Assembly: GCF_009914755.1 (NCBI RefSeq)
Contig: NC_060927.1
Direction: 5' to 3' (one strand)
Source: the human T2T-CHM13v2.0 reference genome, Homo sapiens
DNA: 64,000 nt
Below, piece by piece: positions 61,163-64,000 of the stretch. The notes beneath the pieces were generated by a model. It saw only the letters and a program-made list of their open reading frames with translations. It had not been told where the DNA came from and searched no databases. A program made the position numbers and the translations under genes. The stretch's first letter is position 1. Each line of letters opens with the position of its first letter.

Positions 61163-64000
61163 ACAGATACCAGCCTGAATTAAGTCGGCTGCTGGCCTCT
61201 CCTCAGCTCAGCCCAGAATGGGAGAGGAGGCTATGGACTGGCACGAAGAAGGATCTTTGTCACGTGTGCTTAGCATTGGATGGCAGGGCCAGGCTGGGCT
61301 GGCCCCTGTGGCACCACCAAGACCCCTCCCTACAGGCTCCACTGGGGCTGGGGAAAGGAATGTGCACCTATGGAGTCCTGCGCGCATATGGAGGCCCACT
61401 CAAACCCTGCGAGTGTATGGAGCCCCGCTTGCATGTTTGGAGCCCTGGCAGCCCCCACCTGATGTGCCTGCCCCAGGCAGCATGGAGCACTTCCTGGAGG
61501 AAGTAGGTCTCAGCCAGCCTTTTCTAGATGGGCACGGGCAGGCACTGGATGGCTATTTAGGCATGAGGGTGCCACGAGCAGAGACCTGGAAGCTCAAGTA
61601 AGGTGCAGCCATTAGGGTGCCAGGAGAAGGAGGCCTAGTGGCCCAGCCAGCCCCTGGGGTTGCCCTGTCCAGAGCCTACACCCACCAGGTCCTCACTCTG
61701 AACTGGCAGTGGCAGAACCACGACTTGAGAAAAAAAGTCCTTTCTCTGAGCTCTGTTCCTCTTTCCATTGCTCCCGCTCTTAGAGTCTTCCTTTTTTTAA
61801 TATCCAATTTGGTCGCCTTCCTTGGGGACAGCCACAGAAGGGGTCCAGCCCTGTTGGCAGCCTCTTGCCCCCGCCTCCACTAACTCGCCTCCAGCACTAC
61901 CTCCTCTAGCTGCCTGCATGCCAAGTCCCCCTCCAGTGCTTCCTGACACCCCTTCTCGGACCCCTCAATTTATCTACAGTCCATCTCTGCCTTCGAGCTC
62001 CTCCAGGGTGGGGAACAGGGAACAATCTGCCTGCCATGAGTCCGCAGCCACCAGCAGCGGGCTTGGCCAGGGTCCACGCTCTGTAACTGCCGTTTAGGTG
62101 GGGTCTGAGCCCCCGGCTGCCTGTGACATGTCTGCCCAGGTGGGCTGTGTCTCCACTGCAGCACCCACTGCTCTCCAGTGAGGGACTGGCCTGGCCCGAG
62201 CCTCCTGAGTTTGCTGAGTGAGGCCACTGCTGTGTAAGGCCCATTCCCTGGTGTAGTCTGCCTGTACCCCTCATCCCTTTGCCTCTTCGAGGCCTTCTCC
62301 TGGTCGACTGTGTGCTTTCAGTGGTGCCGGCCAGAGCGTCTAGCAGAGAGGCCAACTGCTGCCTCTAGCCCCTGAGCCCTTGCAGGGGTGTTTTTTGAAA
62401 CTCAGTCCAGAAGACGTGAAATGGAGGAGGGCTGTCTGTCTTGCCTTCCTGACTAGAGGTAGAGGGTCCCCAAGCTGCAGGTCTGCTGTTGGTTCTTCAG
62501 GGCCTCTTCAGTCCACCTGACACCCACTCTTGATTTCTGGGTCAGGAGCCTGAGGAACTGCCTGGACTGTCCCTGTGCCTCATGTGGTGCTGGGACCCAG
62601 GAGCCACAAGAGGTAGTCAGCTGGGGCCACCACCTGAAGGGCAGTCTGTAGGGCAGGAGTTCCAGGCAAGGGAGCCGGTGTGCCCTGGGCCGAGGCAGCC
62701 TGCGGTGTCCTGTGGCCGGAGCCATGGGGATGGAGGCTGGAGGGAGGCAGGCAGGCAGAGGTGCTGCAGCGAGGCATCTTAACCCAGCTAAGGAGGGAGC
62801 GCAGACATCTGGAGCAGCAAGGGTGCTGACACTCACCCGAGGACATCACAGCCCTGCAGAGGAGGAAGACAAGCCAGGCCGCCCACCACTCTGGCAGGCA
62901 TTTTGGTTGGGGATGGGCGGGCATAACAGGACACAGGAGGTCATCCGATGTCCACATTTCCCCACACAGAGTGGTCCTGCCTGGCACCGTCTCAGCCATC
63001 CCAGACAGATTTTCTGTTCAGCCTTGGTTGCCATATGAGGACTCCACCCAGAGGGCCCACATGGCCTCCTAAGTCACAAGTGGTTGGTGGTAAACCCAGG
63101 CCTAGAGCCCAGGTTTCTGGCTATCCCCCTGGAAGAGGCCCACCTTGGGCACTTGGGAACAACCCCTGACCATCCTTGAGCCCACGCTGCTGGGTGAGGC
63201 TGGCCGCCTTGCTGCAGGAAGCCTGGTTTATAAACAAGTCCAGTTACAGGAAGATCGGGAGGGTTTTTGGTTTTCACTGGACGTGGTTGTTTCATGGACC
63301 CACCCCAACAGGGAGCATGGCATGCTTGACCTTGGGAAAGGGAGGCCTTGGCTTAACGCCGAGAGCCTCATCTGCCAGCAGAGTGATGTGGTGTGGACTG
63401 AGGCTGCTCCAGCAGAATGGGCAGGGCAGGCCCCAGATGTGAACTAACTAGCTTGAGAGAGCACCTAGCCGGTCAAGCCTAGCCCACGTGGATCCAGTCC
63501 CACCTTCTTTCCATGTTGGTAGCAGAAGCTGGGAGTCCGGTTGCAGGGGTGGCTGAGTTGGCAGCGCCCGTAAGATGCTGTGGATTTGGATTTGGGTCCT
63601 GGAGGCAGGGAGGCCCAGTGTCATGGGTATGCTACCACCACACAACTATTTTAAAATAGAAGGCGCTGGCCCTAAATTTTTCTCGTATCATCACATTTAT
63701 CTGCATCTTGTGAAAGTGCTTTGCCTCATGAACAGTCCCATAGTTGGGACTGTTTCTCCTGGATATAATTTACATTGTTGTGACAACTCAAAGTCATGAT
63801 TAACACAAAAGTGGGACTTGGGGTCACTCAGTGGAGTGATCTGTGCAGTCACTTCTCCTCATTCATCCTCTCACCTGTCCGCTCTGTTAATGTGTACTAT
63901 ATAGAGGAGGTGGCATTTGCTGGGGAGAGCTGGCTGTGAGATGGGCATGGGCCCAGGAACAAGCACAGCCAGGCTCAGGAGGGGTGCATGTGGGGAAGGG

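Noticed and set aside
63731-63754. Perfect 10-bp hairpin aacagtccca-tagt-tgggactgtt
   Set aside because: A stem of this size can plausibly arise by chance in 64 kb, and it is too short for a pre-miRNA.

Overview
Primate, almost certainly human, genomic DNA from inside EEFSEC (selenocysteine-specific elongation factor, + strand). Only two coding exons are present: 14834-15490 (657 nt) and 31824-31980 (157 nt). Exon numbers 5 and 6 are recalled, not derived here. The previous exon and the terminal exon lie outside the window. The rest is intron: old L2/MIR/L1M fragments, three MaLR solo LTRs, hAT and Tigger DNA-transposon fossils (one keeps a readable hAT transposase N-terminus), very few Alus, a ~28-bp pyrimidine minisatellite and a probable retroposed mRNA 3' end. 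Almost all ORFs in the supplied track are spurious. I found no convincing new gene or biological system. The best candidates for hidden function are: (i) several AT-rich, repeat-free islands dense in posterior-HOX, MEIS, GATA, SOX and TCF motifs, possibly long-range enhancers for the neighbouring GATA2; (ii) a diverged direct repeat bracketing exon 5 that carries cryptic splice signals; (iii) a VNTR whose units mimic 3' splice sites. Repeat family names come from recalled consensus sequences and their boundaries are approximate.
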